Source of the DNA: Lama glama | Taxonomy: Eukaryota | NCBI GenBank assembly: GCA_028534125.1 | Contig: CM052817.1 | Span: forward strand, 92,878,001-92,942,000 | Direction: 5' to 3' | Length of the DNA: 64,000 nucleotides | In this document: positions 52,646 to 64,000 of the stretch, piece after piece | How the letters are laid out: every line of letters begins with the position of its first letter | Position numbering within the stretch: the stretch's first letter is position 1 | Position numbers and translations under genes: made by a program | The notes under the pieces: generated by a model | What the model saw: only the letters and a program-made list of their open reading frames with translations | Databases searched by the model: none | What the model was told of the DNA's origin: nothing

Positions 52646-52714
52646 AGTATTCCGTGGTGAACTGAAAAGCTTGGCACAGGTGGTAAGTACTATTTCCATG
52701 TTATTTAATCATAG

Positions 52715-52952
52715 AAACATATACATATATGTATTGTATATATTAAATATATTAATTTATGTATATTTCTGTATTTGTACATAATACATTTATTAACATA
52801 TTTATGGTTTCTAATTTATATTAATAAACAATAATTATTATAATGAATATAACTTCATATTAATTATATAGATAGTTAATGATTACAAAATTTAAAATAA
52901 AAATTAATAAATAGATTTATTTATATTTATAAATATATTAAATGTATATATA
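52715..52952. repeat. AT-rich low-complexity tract
   Basis: Almost exclusively A/T with ATAT runs. Confidence 0.85.
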
Positions 52953-54073
52953 GAGAGAGGCTTCTCATGTTATAGAAGAATTGGTACATACATAAAGGTG
53001 AACAATTTTCTGCTCAGTGTATGTAAAACTATGAAACAGTTTATTACCTTTTAAATAATGATAAATGTAGTATAGATGGGCTCATTAACAAGTCCTATAA
53101 CTCTTAGTAGCATGATTTGGATTATAACAAAGTGCAGGAATACAAGCCTGAGTACATCACCCAGCGTGTAACAGGTACCTAAGAACACATGAACGTGACG
53201 AGTTTCGATGAGAGATTGGAGATGTTGTGTGGTTAGAACCAGAGCATCCATCAGGGAGAAAGCTGGGGTCTGGGATGTGACCCAGGATATTCCTGGGTAA
53301 TGGCAGGCGGCAAGTCTACACTCTTCATATGCTATCTATGCACATGCCCTAAATGAATTCAAGTCCTCATTTTGCCACTTTGTAAAGATATGCACTAGAC
53401 AGGTCTTGATGAGATTCTCCATTCGAGTGACACCTGAAGATTTGGCTTCAGGGCTACAAGGCTCAGGAACAGCAACTATGTGTTTATGTGGGTATACACA
53501 TGTGTGCCTTCAGACAAGAACAGAGAATAACATAAAGTTGCATTGTTTAAATTTTTAAGTGCCGTAACTATTAATGATTTATCTCAGATGTTCCTTTATG
53601 AGGTTTCACACTCTGAAAATAGCATTCTTAACAAATTTGTAACTGAGGTTTATGAAGTATAAGACCAGATTCATTTAGCTTTATTTTTTTTTCCTAGGTA
53701 GAGGTTGGTAGGACTACTATATAAAGTAATTCTTCAGTGGAGGATATCCCACAGAAGGGAGGATTTCAGTGGGAACTTGCTGTGGGGAAAGCCCAGGGTA
53801 AAAATCAGAAATGGCATGAATTTGGGGAGTGCTGACTTGCCCAGGCAAAACTCAAAGTTACACCCCTCTTTCCCCCTACGTGGTCCTCTTCATAGCATTC
53901 ATAACAAAAGTTTTCATAACCAATCCAGAAGTCAGAGAAAAACACTGACCTTGACCTGTCTGACCTTGAGCTTTTTCAGATTCTAGTTCTGCTCCTCCTT
54001 TGGGGTGTGACTTGGACCAGTATGAACAGGCAGGGCTGGGAAGTGCACGTGGCAGCAGAAATACCAGTTAGTT

Positions 54074-54267
54074 TATGATTGTCAGATTTAGCAAACAAAA
54101 ATACAAGACACCTGGTTCAACTGGAACTTCAGAGAAACAAGGAATAGTGTCTTTAGTATGAGTATGTCCCAAATATTGCATGGGACATAACACATACTAA
54201 AAATAAATTTGTTGTTTACCTGCTTTTTAAGTTTAACTGGGTCCCCAGTATTTTATCTGGCAACCTT
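54074..54267 (-). mobile_element. MER53 palindromic hAT MITE
   Basis: 'tcagatttagcaaacaaaaatacaagacacctggtt...tagtatgagtatgtcccaaatattgcatgggacata...catactaaaa...tttaactggg...tattttatctggcaacc'. Confidence 0.9.
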
Positions 54268-54646
54268 TTCTTGATTTAGTGGAGGAAACTACCATTTAAA
54301 CGTTGCCAGAGTTTCACTGTAGATATTTGTTGAGATTGTTGTTTTGCATATTGATATTTGATTGGCCCCCTTCAGATAATCAAATGTAAAGGAGAAGGGA
54401 GGACGCACCCAGCATTCTGGGCACAGAGTCTCACAGGAATTTTTTGGTGGCTTGTCAAAGGCCACTTGTCTCAAGACTTCCTTGATATTCAGAGATGATA
54501 GCATCCAGATAGGAAGTGGGTGTGTTTGTACTGACCTTGGAGTCTCCCAAGAGGAAAGGAATTCAGGTTCTCCGAAGCCTGTTATTGGAAGTTTTCATCT
54601 AATGGAAGCCTGAATAATGGACTGACATGGTCCTGACTGACATCTT

Positions 54647-55136
54647 TGTAGGGGAGCAAAATTCACCACCCCAAATGTCTCTTTGGCATGCAGATTATCT
54701 CTAGCTGAAGACAATAAGGTACACAAAGACAGGATGAAACTTTGACCTTCCCTCTAACTGCCTGAAAGAATTCACACGGGAATTTTTCTGCAATAGAACC
54801 TTCACATTTACAAAGAATATGTGCCAGGTGTGGTGGGGGCAGCTCGGCAGGGCCTCATGATCAGAGTCCACTCTGCCCCTGGTTGTCTCTGCTTGGTCTA
54901 GCAAATGTTCATTTACCAACATTTGTCTTCCTCCCCTTTGAAATCCCAAACCACTATCGCCAACATCCTCTCTTATCTTTTGCTGGAGATGGTAGTTAGG
55001 AGGAGGGTTTCAGCCATTTCGGTGAGTTACTCAGTTTTCCTGGGTTTCTCCCACATACACATGTTAGTAAACTTTTATTTGGTCTTCTCTTGTTAATTGG
55101 TCTTATGTCAATTTAAGGTTTGTATTTTCTTCACAA
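54647..55136 (+). mobile_element. MER34/MER39-like ERV1 solo LTR
   Basis: Starts 'tgtaggggagcaaaattcaccaccccaaatgtctctttggcatgcagattat...agctgaagacaat'; 3' region 'catacacatgttagtaaactt...tctcttgttaat'. Confidence 0.82.
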
Positions 55137-57289
55137 TAGTTCTTGCTGTGATGTTTGATGGACTTTTTGTGACTCAACAAATTCATCAAAGAGAACAGGC
55201 CAAGCTCCATCTTCATCAAAGTTACTAAGATCAGCATGGACTGTTCTGCTGAATTTTAATACACTGCACCATTTATTATCCAAACTAGGACACTTAAAGC
55301 ATAAAAGGTGAAGCTGAAAATAATGAAAAGGCACAAATTGTTCCATAGAAGGTATTAAATGGGTCCTTTCCCAGATAAATTGGTATATGTGTTCTCCCCA
55401 AACGTTCCTGGAAATTCTGACTCGATTGGCCTGGGGTGGGGCTTCAAAAGCTCAACAGGTGAATCTCATGAGCGACTTGCTTGTGAATCACTAGCATCTT
55501 CTTGATGTCTTTTGCACTCTGTCCAGTAGGACCTTATGTCTTTTATACTCCGGAGCCAGTAGTTGACTATGAGTGAGTATCTAAATTCTGGGTATTGAGG
55601 TTTAGTCTGTAGTTGGCAGTACTCACTGCTTTTTCTGAGCCCTCTTGCTACTCTTTTCTCTTTCTTCCCGGTGACTCTACAGATCAGAAGGAAAAATCTT
55701 GAGGCCAGTTTTACTTATTTTTCTCTAAAGAGAAACTTATTTCTTAAGCAGTGTTTCTGGAACTGTGACCTACCATGGAGAAAGTAGATTAAAAAAATGG
55801 TTGCGCCCTTGGAAAGAATTTATTTAGTCATTCTTGAATTCAGGTCATTTTAGTGAACAGAGATGAATGGTCTATCCAGTTAAGGTGAGAACCAGGCATC
55901 TCGTGTGAAGATTACTCAGACAGTCACTGACCACAGCACCCCAGTGCCTCTGGTTTGCCCACGGAAGGCACCTAACAGTCAGCTCTTTCAAATGAGAGAA
56001 AATCCCATTTATTACTTAACTAGGATTCAGTCTGCTAATGTAGATCTTTTACATTGCTCCTTATTGCCCTCTTATAAAAAAATAAGCTAATTAAAAAAAC
56101 CCCAAGAAAACAATGTGTCAGTCAGCATTATCCATGCCATATCTGTGGTTTCTAAAGGAGCCCTTAGTCTTCCCTGTGTCCTACCGTGTGATGCCACCTG
56201 TCCACTCAGAGATTGTTGGATAAAGTTAAGCAAGGGAATCCAGAAGAGCCACAGGCACAGCAGATGACGCAAGCCAATATAGTTTCCTTTCTCTAGAACA
56301 TCACCTGGCAGAAGGGGAGGAGCAGAATTTGAAGGACAGAATGTAAGAAAGGGTGGGGAGACTGGGATGGGCCACTTGCAACCCAACTATATGAGTGTGT
56401 CAGGAAGTAGAAGAAAGCAGATGCGTGTTGTGGACAATGTGGCATGAACATCAGTACTGGTCTGTGTGCTGTTGTTTACCACTCTGTGATAAACAGAGAG
56501 AAAGAGAGGGAGCTAAGCTTTAGATTCCGAAACATCCAAATATTCCATTTTGTGTTTTATAGAAGTATTGGTCTGTGATGGGTTGGGGAGTGGTGAGTAG
56601 GAAGCGTTCCCTAACCCTAGGTAGTTTGACAAGCCCTGGACCAGAAGCAGTGGGTCATAGTTAGGAAGTAGGAACCACCCGCAGAAACAGAGTCATATTA
56701 ATGGCTGAGTTTTAATGAAGATTCATGTGAGTAGTTGTTGCTGAAGCCCTTAGGGCCACCTGGAGTCCTGAACCATCCCACTGTCCATCCTATCCTATTC
56801 TTCTTGGGTTCTGATTTATTTATGGGCTTTCTTACATGTGGGTGAATTTCTGGCCCTTGCAACTACAGAACTGAAGAATATTTTTAAAAAAACAAACAAA
56901 GAAAACATCTACACAATTGTATTTGGTGTTCTAATTTATTATATAGTAGGATTGAGAAGTGTCTTTAAATTTTTTCTTTTTGCATATTGAGTTGTCATTC
57001 CATTGGAAATGCAGGAATTAACGATTTATTGATTTAGTGACAGAAGTGTTGAATGGACTGGTGGACAGTTACTCAGGGCATAACATGAGTTTGTACTTGA
57101 TCTTACCTTGATACTGACTCCTGGAGCATCTGTGTTCTCTGCAGAGGATTGTAAAATTGAACAAAATGTATCATAAATAATTCTGATAGATATTCCTTCT
57201 TCTTTTCTTGCCAATAAATGGGTGCAAGACAAGGAGGGCTAGGGGTTTTTCTTCCTATCAGAGACACAAATGCAGAGGACATTGAGCTC

Positions 57290-57908
57290 CAGAGAGCTGT
57301 AGGTGAGACCTGATGCCACAGTGTTATTGGTGGTCAAGAGCAGGCCAAATAAACAAAACCCTAACTGGTCAAGGTGTGAAATGATTGTTGGGTCCCTGAT
57401 CTTCTACAAGGTGGAAGCACACTGAGAAATCTCCTACCCTAAAGAGGGCATTTTCCCAATTATCTCTTCAGATGTGCTCAAGGAAGATAATAGAAAAGAA
57501 AGGACATCCTAGAGTGAAGTCAAGAGCCATGGAACACAATGGACAATGGACTTATGTGCTAGTGTCAGGGCTTAGACTGGCAGCCAACCAAGGAGAAGTC
57601 ACCAGCTCCTGAGTACAGAGCCCTTGAAATCCTTACAAAGATTTCAGAGTTGCTGTGGATCAGTGTCTACTGCCTTCTTCCCATTGTTTTCTTTTTCCCA
57701 TGGGACAACTTATGGCCATTATTCTGTCCAAATTCACATAAATAGGCTTCCAGATCAAGAGGACCCACATCTGTACACCTGTGAGATGTTTATGAGATTC
57801 TAGACTTTGACCTTGGTTTCATATTAGTTTGTCCCTCTTGAGAGAGGAGATGAATGTGCTTTGCCTGTAGAAGGAGGGAAATACACAATTGGGATCAAAA
57901 GGGAGAAC
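57290..57908 (+). mobile_element. MaLR (MLT1) internal-sequence remnant ending in a polypurine tract
   Basis: 'gatttcagagttgctgtggatcagtg...ccagatcaagagga...gagattctagactttga'; purine run 'aaaagggagaac' immediately before the LTR TG. Confidence 0.65.
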
Positions 57909-58243
57909 TGTGGTACATTATGTTATTGTCTTCAAATATTTATTGCCTTTCTGTGGGCGGATTATGCCTCTCTGTTCCATTTGCATCATGTAACTTGCAT
58001 TGGACAAAAAAATATGAGTAGAAACAGGAAGCCATTCATGGTTCTTCCTCATCTCTTTATTCCATCCTAGGAAATAGTTTCTTCATCAGCTTATGTCCCA
58101 GGACAAAAAAGCTCTGTAATAGACTGGATCATGAACTAGGAAGGATATGTAACATGATCAAGAATTAAATTTTTGTGGTCGTATGCTCCTAAGACTATGG
58201 GTTCATTTGTTATTGCTGCATAAGTTAGCTAAGATGAGTGATT
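57909..58243 (+). mobile_element. MLT1 (H/J-like) 3' LTR
   Basis: 'tgtggtacattatgttattg...catgtaacttgcattggacaa...tttgttattgctgcataagttagctaagatgagtgat'. Confidence 0.72.
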
Positions 58244-60271
58244 CTCTCTCTTTCTATCTTTTGATTTTTTAAAGCAAAATTTTGATCCTGTTTCATAGAC
58301 AGCTGTCTATCCTGTATTTTTCCTCCTAAATGGTTTTGGGAGACATTTAAAAATATTCAGCAGTGGTCTTCAAAATATGAAGTAAATGGATTTTTTTTAC
58401 TCTTAAAGTCAACTGAAAAGTTAGGTTCATGAGAACGTATAGACAGACAGAGGTCCTCTGAGTGGGATATTAGCAGTCCCTTGGGATTTTTCTTCACTTT
58501 TTCTAGGCGACAGTTGGATTTACGCCATGGCTTTATGAATTCATAAAGTAGTAAAAACAGTAGTAAAACTCTGGCTGGTTTTCGAAGCACCTGTCTGACC
58601 TGTGTGTTCCTTTATCACTTGTGTTCTAATAATTAAGACTTGGTCACCCAGAAGGTGGGTAACACAGAGAGCTTGAACATCCCTTCCTGCATTTCTTGTT
58701 ATCCCCCTATTTCTTTTGCTCTTTCTTTAAATAAGAGAGAATCTACCTATTGACTTTAAGGGGATAAGGAAAAAAATATATTCGCAAGAAATAGTTGAAG
58801 CACATATGCTTTAAAAGAAAATCTGTTATATGGCTTGTAATTGTCTCCTATATTTATTTTTTAACTTAACATTAAAGAAGCCGACATTCCCATGGCCTTG
58901 GAGCCAGGCTCTGGCTTTCCAGGAAAAGTAATTCAGACACAGCTATTTTATGGCAATTAAACGGCTTAGAGGAATGCTTTTAACAATTCCGAGCCTGTCA
59001 AACAAGAAGACATTATCTAAATGCCTTTGAAAAGATTTTAGTTTCATTATTACTTCTTGTCCATTTAGGCAAATAAAGTTCATGAGAGAAATGCCATTAT
59101 TGTGTGTCTTATTTGAAATGTGCACAAATAATTCTGTCATACCTTCTGTAAACCCTATAAATAAAAAGATTGAGAACTGGGAATTATTCCTTAAAGAATC
59201 AATCAGAAAAATACGTGGATTATATTTCTTCAGAATATAATTCAATAAATTGCTTATGCACAAATTTACTTATTTACTGTTACTTTTTAGGCATCTATAT
59301 CATACATAGCACCATAGACAGATACAAATAAAAACCAAAATATAATATGATAGAGATAGTGTAAGTCAGTCCTTCCCATAATTTAAGGATAAATAAGCGA
59401 ATTTTGATATTTTTCGTTACAATAACTCTTCATTCCAAACTGTTGGTGAATCTCTCTTTGACTTGCTCCAAAAGACATATTATTTTGGCTTTGGATTTAC
59501 TTTTACAAAATGAAGTTTCCTAGCTTCATGATAAACTACATACTTTATTTCCAAGGGACTCAATCAAACAGGATACTATATATCCATGTTTCACTTCCTA
59601 AAAATTCCTTTAGATGTTTCTGTTTTGTATTTCATCAGAATCAATACAACAGGCCACTGGGAAAGACACCGCCTGAAGCTGGCTTCCTAACGAGATGAAT
59701 TTGTCCTTTAAGGACAAACATGGCTCTTTGAAAACAAAATTTAATGAAGTTAATGAATGAAAAATATGGATGATGGAATGCAGATACATCATTACTACCT
59801 CAATATTTATAAGCCGAGAATCATCTGTACTGGGGAGACGTCCTCTTCTACTTAGCTTGCAGGCAAGTCTGTTGCATAACACAATTTTAATAACATTTGG
59901 TTTTATAGTACAACCTGCGTTTTTATTAGAGGATATCCACTCAAGCTGAAATAACAAAAAACAGATCCACTGATTTTTTTATTCCACGACTAGTCTTTTT
60001 AAAGGATATAAAATGTTGAAATGACTCTTCTTTATTATATATGAGTGCCCATATGTCTTAGAAATTTAAACGTAATAGGACACGGTGATATGTTTGGGAA
60101 GGAGAAAAGGCATTTGCAAGCCGTTATTACAGATGCTATGGATTATGGGCAGGGAGCTCAGTGGGAGGAAGGGAAAAGGGGACAGAGAATTCCAAGCTAG
60201 CCCTGGTTCCTTCTGAGATGCGCAGATGTTTGGGGCAGATTTTCTCTTTGTGCCGCTTTGGTGGTGCCGCA

Positions 60272-60290
60272 GGGCCTCCCCCTGCTGGGC
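60272..60290 (-). promoter_or_regulatory. Candidate CTCF binding site
   Basis: Minus strand reads gcCCAGCAGGGGGAGGccc vs core CCASYAGRKGGC; lies in non-repetitive, locally CpG-retaining sequence. Confidence 0.4.
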
Positions 60291-61689
60291 TCATCTGGCA
60301 CGACGCCTCTCGCGCTTGTTTACTGCACCCAGGGTTTACGGAGCTACTTTCTTTTGTCTCTTTCTGTTCGAGGTTCATTATCCTTTGACAGAGAGTCCTC
60401 CTGGTCAGGGCTGAAAATGAACGGAGGCTAGCTCTCTCGGGAAGGGCCTCATCTCCTCCACCAGAAATACCTTATTCCATTGCCCAAACAGCTCACCAAC
60501 TGCCTCTCCTGCCTTCCATTAAACCTGTCAGATCCCAGTCCTCCTGTCTCTCACACTCCAGGAATACAGCTCAGGCTCTCCAAGTCGTCCCACTGAAGCC
60601 CTTTTTGCAAAGGATAGCAGCCCACCTTTTCCCCTGGAGGTGAAACTCACAAGTTAGCGCGCGTGCACACACATACACCTCTTCACAAATTATATCATCA
60701 TCTCCAGTCCCTTGACCCTTTTAATATTCTCCTTGTGGTTTTGGAATGGCCTGACTGGTTCTCTGATATCCCTTTTAAAAATACGCATTTTGCTTTGGCA
60801 CTTCTCTTTGGAATTCCAAATATAATATATTGCTGTGACTTAGCTGGAATTTCCAATTTAGCATTGTGTTACACTGTATTAGAAAAGGTTTTATACTTCT
60901 GTTGGAAGAGAAGGGGAAAGATTAGTTACAGGCACACACATAAAAGGCCAATTACCTAATAGGAATGTTGAAAATTAGGCAATTTTAAATTATACACAAA
61001 ACACAGAGATGTGTGAGACAAGAAACTACCTGGAAGCCACATGTCCACCTCACCTGCCAACTGCACTCCGACAAGCTATTCCTCGCCATTCATGCAGGCA
61101 ACGGGGATGGGCCATTTTAGTCCGAAATAGTCTTAGGAAATCAACTTCCTCTGCTATGAAGAAACATGAAGGTGATGGTTTTAAAAGGTGATTTTTCCCA
61201 CATCAGACTGCCCATTTCAAAATGTTAAAAGTAGCTAAACATTTGGTCTTATAGTACATTTATAGTACAAAATGCATTCCTTTGTGTAATTGTATCTTTT
61301 CTTAAAGAAAGTTTAGGCATGGTTAATGGGCTCTTTATCCACCCCATCTCTAAAATTAGAACCCTCCACTTCGGTCCTCCTCTCTGGGTCATTCTTCCTG
61401 ACATCTGATCATTTCCCAAGTACAATCAATTCTCTGCTGGTCCAATGGCTGGCATCTTAGAACATTAAGATGTGTGGCCAGATTGTCATCTTAATCCTGA
61501 AATATTTTCTGAAGCAAATGTGAGGGAAAAAACGAGCGCATTCACAAATAAGAAAGACTAATGTCTATAAAGTTTCTCCAGCTTTGTCATCTGCAGAAAG
61601 TACTTATTTTGCAGGTTAGGGTTTTCTGTCAGTTGGAGTAAAGGATCACTGTTAACTGCTTTTCTCAGCTCACACAGGCAGTCATTTGC

Positions 61690-62112
61690 CCTGTTTCCTG
61701 TGATTATACTGCTGTTACTAGCACCTCCCGTGCTGTATTTTAATTGCTGTGTTAAATAGCGTCTCTCTTACGTAAGACAGAACTCCTTAAGGTTAAGGGT
61801 CTTATTCACCTTTGTGTCCCCGTGTCTAAGGACAGTGCTTAGAACAAAGGACCAATAAATGCTGAGTGAATGAATAAGCAGTTGAATGAATAAATGAATG
61901 AAAACTAGGATGCAATCAAATATGATTTACTTTTGTCAACATTTTGAATCTTACTGTAATTTTTTTAATGTGTCTGTCTCGTCTTGACTGTGAGTCCTAG
62001 AGGGTATGAATCTTTTCTTGCTTATTCCACCAACTTCAGCATTTAGCATTGTACCTAGTGCCTAAAATATAGTAGCTGCTCAGTTAATGTTTGTAAAATG
62101 AAGAAGTGAATG
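61690..62112 (+). mobile_element. Two tandem L2 3' ends
   Basis: 'cagtgcttagaaca...caataaatgctgagtgaatgaataa' and 'tagcattgtacctagtgcct...gctcagttaatgtttgtaaaatgaa'. Confidence 0.7.
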
Positions 62113-62299
62113 CATTAATTTATGAGATGTGCAAGAATTAGTACCCTGCGTAGTCTGTGTCTCATACTTTCATTATGCCTACTCTTGTCCTCATTTTTTG
62201 GGGACTTGAAACTGTAGTTGAAATCCCCCCCAAAAAAAGACCTTTGGGAGTCACTTCTCTGCATCTAAAATATCAGTTTTGTTTTTTAAGATAATAATG

Positions 62300-62381
62300 T
62301 TTGCTTTGCCTTTCCTTTCGTTCCTTTCTGTCCTTTTCTTCTCTTTCCTTCCTTTTCTTTTCTTTCTCTGTTCTTTTTCTT
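62300..62381. repeat. T/C-rich low-complexity (TTTC-like) tract
   Basis: tttcctttcgttcctttctgtccttttcttctctttccttccttttcttttctttctc. Confidence 0.85.
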
Positions 62382-64000
62382 AAGTAACCCGGATCTTGAA
62401 TGAAGACCATGTTAACCAGTGCACTCAGGATAAGTCTTTATGGAACTGATACTTTGGTTTATAAGCTCCATTGTCTTTGTCCAGTTCATGCTGCTGGTGT
62501 TGGATGACTTAATGAAAATGCCTGAGGTGGACAGATAAAAGGACTACAGAGCAAAGTCATGACACGGGCTTCTATCCTGAAGAATACTTGTTGCAGAATG
62601 TCCCTGGCATTAGGTAAAAATAGATAAAATATAGCATTTTCAAAGCCCTAATCTTATATCAACACAAGTGCCCTGCTCTTGTTTTAACCCTGGCTTGGCA
62701 CTGCTTGACAACAGATTACAAAAGGAAGAAATTGCTCTTTCTTGTTCACAAGACAGATCTAGTCTGCGTATATCAAAAGACCAGCTCTCTTTTGCAGCCT
62801 CTGGACTGCTCTCAGGCCTACAGTCTGCTTCTCTGTCCAAAAGACAAAAAAGCAAAGCAAAACAAAACAACAACAAAAAAAACCCCCGCAACAACAACAC
62901 TGGGAGGATGAACTTTTCAAATCAGACTTTTACGGGTAGTTGAAAATTTAGTTTGCCCCCAACTGGGAAAAGAAAAAATTAGCCTGTAAAACAGGAGTAC
63001 AGAAAAAATTTCAACATAAAAAACTTGCTAAATGTTTCATGCTCTATTGTACAACAGAGCAAAATGAGATGAGCGTATTAGTGGCAGTTGAGACAAATGG
63101 CTTTTCAAATTCAGTTTTTTTTATGAGAGTAATTTAGGAAGTGCCGTGTAAGAGTCATTAAGTACAAAATCCCATAACCGTCAGTGTGAGTTGTATTCTG
63201 TTTTTGTTTGGCTCGCTGAGTGACATCCCATACCTTAAATCCGATAAAGAAACTCTTTTGGAGGCTAAAAACAGAGGGCATTAAAACATACTCTCCAGGC
63301 AGCACAGGGGTTCCTGGGAAAGGGGGTCCCTAAAACAACCTTTGCCTGCCTCGCTGAGGAGACAGGGAGAAATCAGAGGAAGCCTTTGCTTCCAACACGT
63401 GATGGATTAAAATCAAGAACCTCCTGTGAGCTAGCCGCCCGCTGCCCCTGGGAAAATCAAGAGTGTGGGCAGGAGTAGTGAGCTGGTGGGAGATGATTCC
63501 AAGCAGGGAGGCAGGAGCCAGAAATGAAGCTTGAATCATCTGACTGTGAAAAACGGAAAGATGAGCCCCAGCGCAGCTGTGGCTTGAAGTCTCCGGCGGG
63601 ATGACATCAGTTGTTGTTTTGGGATGGGCTGAAAAGACAAAAAAAAAAAAAAAAAAACAGGCAAAAATAAGCCTCTTTCCCCCTCGCCTCTCTCTGCTGG
63701 CCTGAAAAGTTACGGTGTGTGAAGTGGGACCCTTTGTAAGTACTTGTAGGAAGGTCTCACCAACTCCAGGGGATTTAAAAACCAACAAAACACACTCTAA
63801 ATCCAAGATCTCAGGGGAAGAACATTTTTGCGGGTCCCTGTTTATGGGATACTTGTTGAGCCTGGTACCGTGTGGCCCATTTAACCTGGCCGGATACTTC
63901 CTATGTGTGACTCACTTACGTGCATTTTAAGTTTAATCGCATGACTTGCCCTCAGAATTAAGCCCCAACCCTTCATGCTCGTTGTATACCAGCGTCCTCC

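Noticed and set aside
63330..63806. Longest ORF in the track (158 aa, minus strand)
   Set aside because: Non-ATG start, runs through a homopolymer (poly-Phe), and has no recognisable domain; consistent with chance
1..64000. CRISPR array, operon, horizontally acquired or intact viral coding region, or other novel multi-gene system
   Set aside because: No regularly spaced repeats, long ORFs or compositionally foreign coding segment seen; the content is consistent with ordinary mammalian non-coding DNA

Overview
Mammalian non-coding DNA (intergenic or deep intronic), most likely from a camelid. Two tRNA-Ala-derived SINEs match what I recall of the camelid Vic-1 family, the L1 3' ends are cetartiodactyl-type, and I saw no Alu, BovB/Bov-tA or PRE-1 elements. 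I cannot support any protein-coding exon, RNA gene or CRISPR array; the only ORFs recognisable as protein are decayed L1 ORF2 pieces. Much of the window is transposon fossil: L1, L2, L3/CR1, MIR, MLT1 MaLR LTRs, ERV solo LTRs, MER82, a Tigger2-type MITE, MER5, MER53, MER94 and MADE. Repeat-poor blocks between them may be regulatory. A 100-N gap is flanked by a duplicated 128 bp, probably an assembly artefact. The most notable structure is a pair of solo LTRs nested ~50 bp apart inside an older MLT1 LTR, forming a CpG-island-like patch (~14.66-15.21 kb). I found no evidence for a new multi-gene system. Repeat family names come from recalled consensus sequences, not a database search, and most boundaries are approximate.
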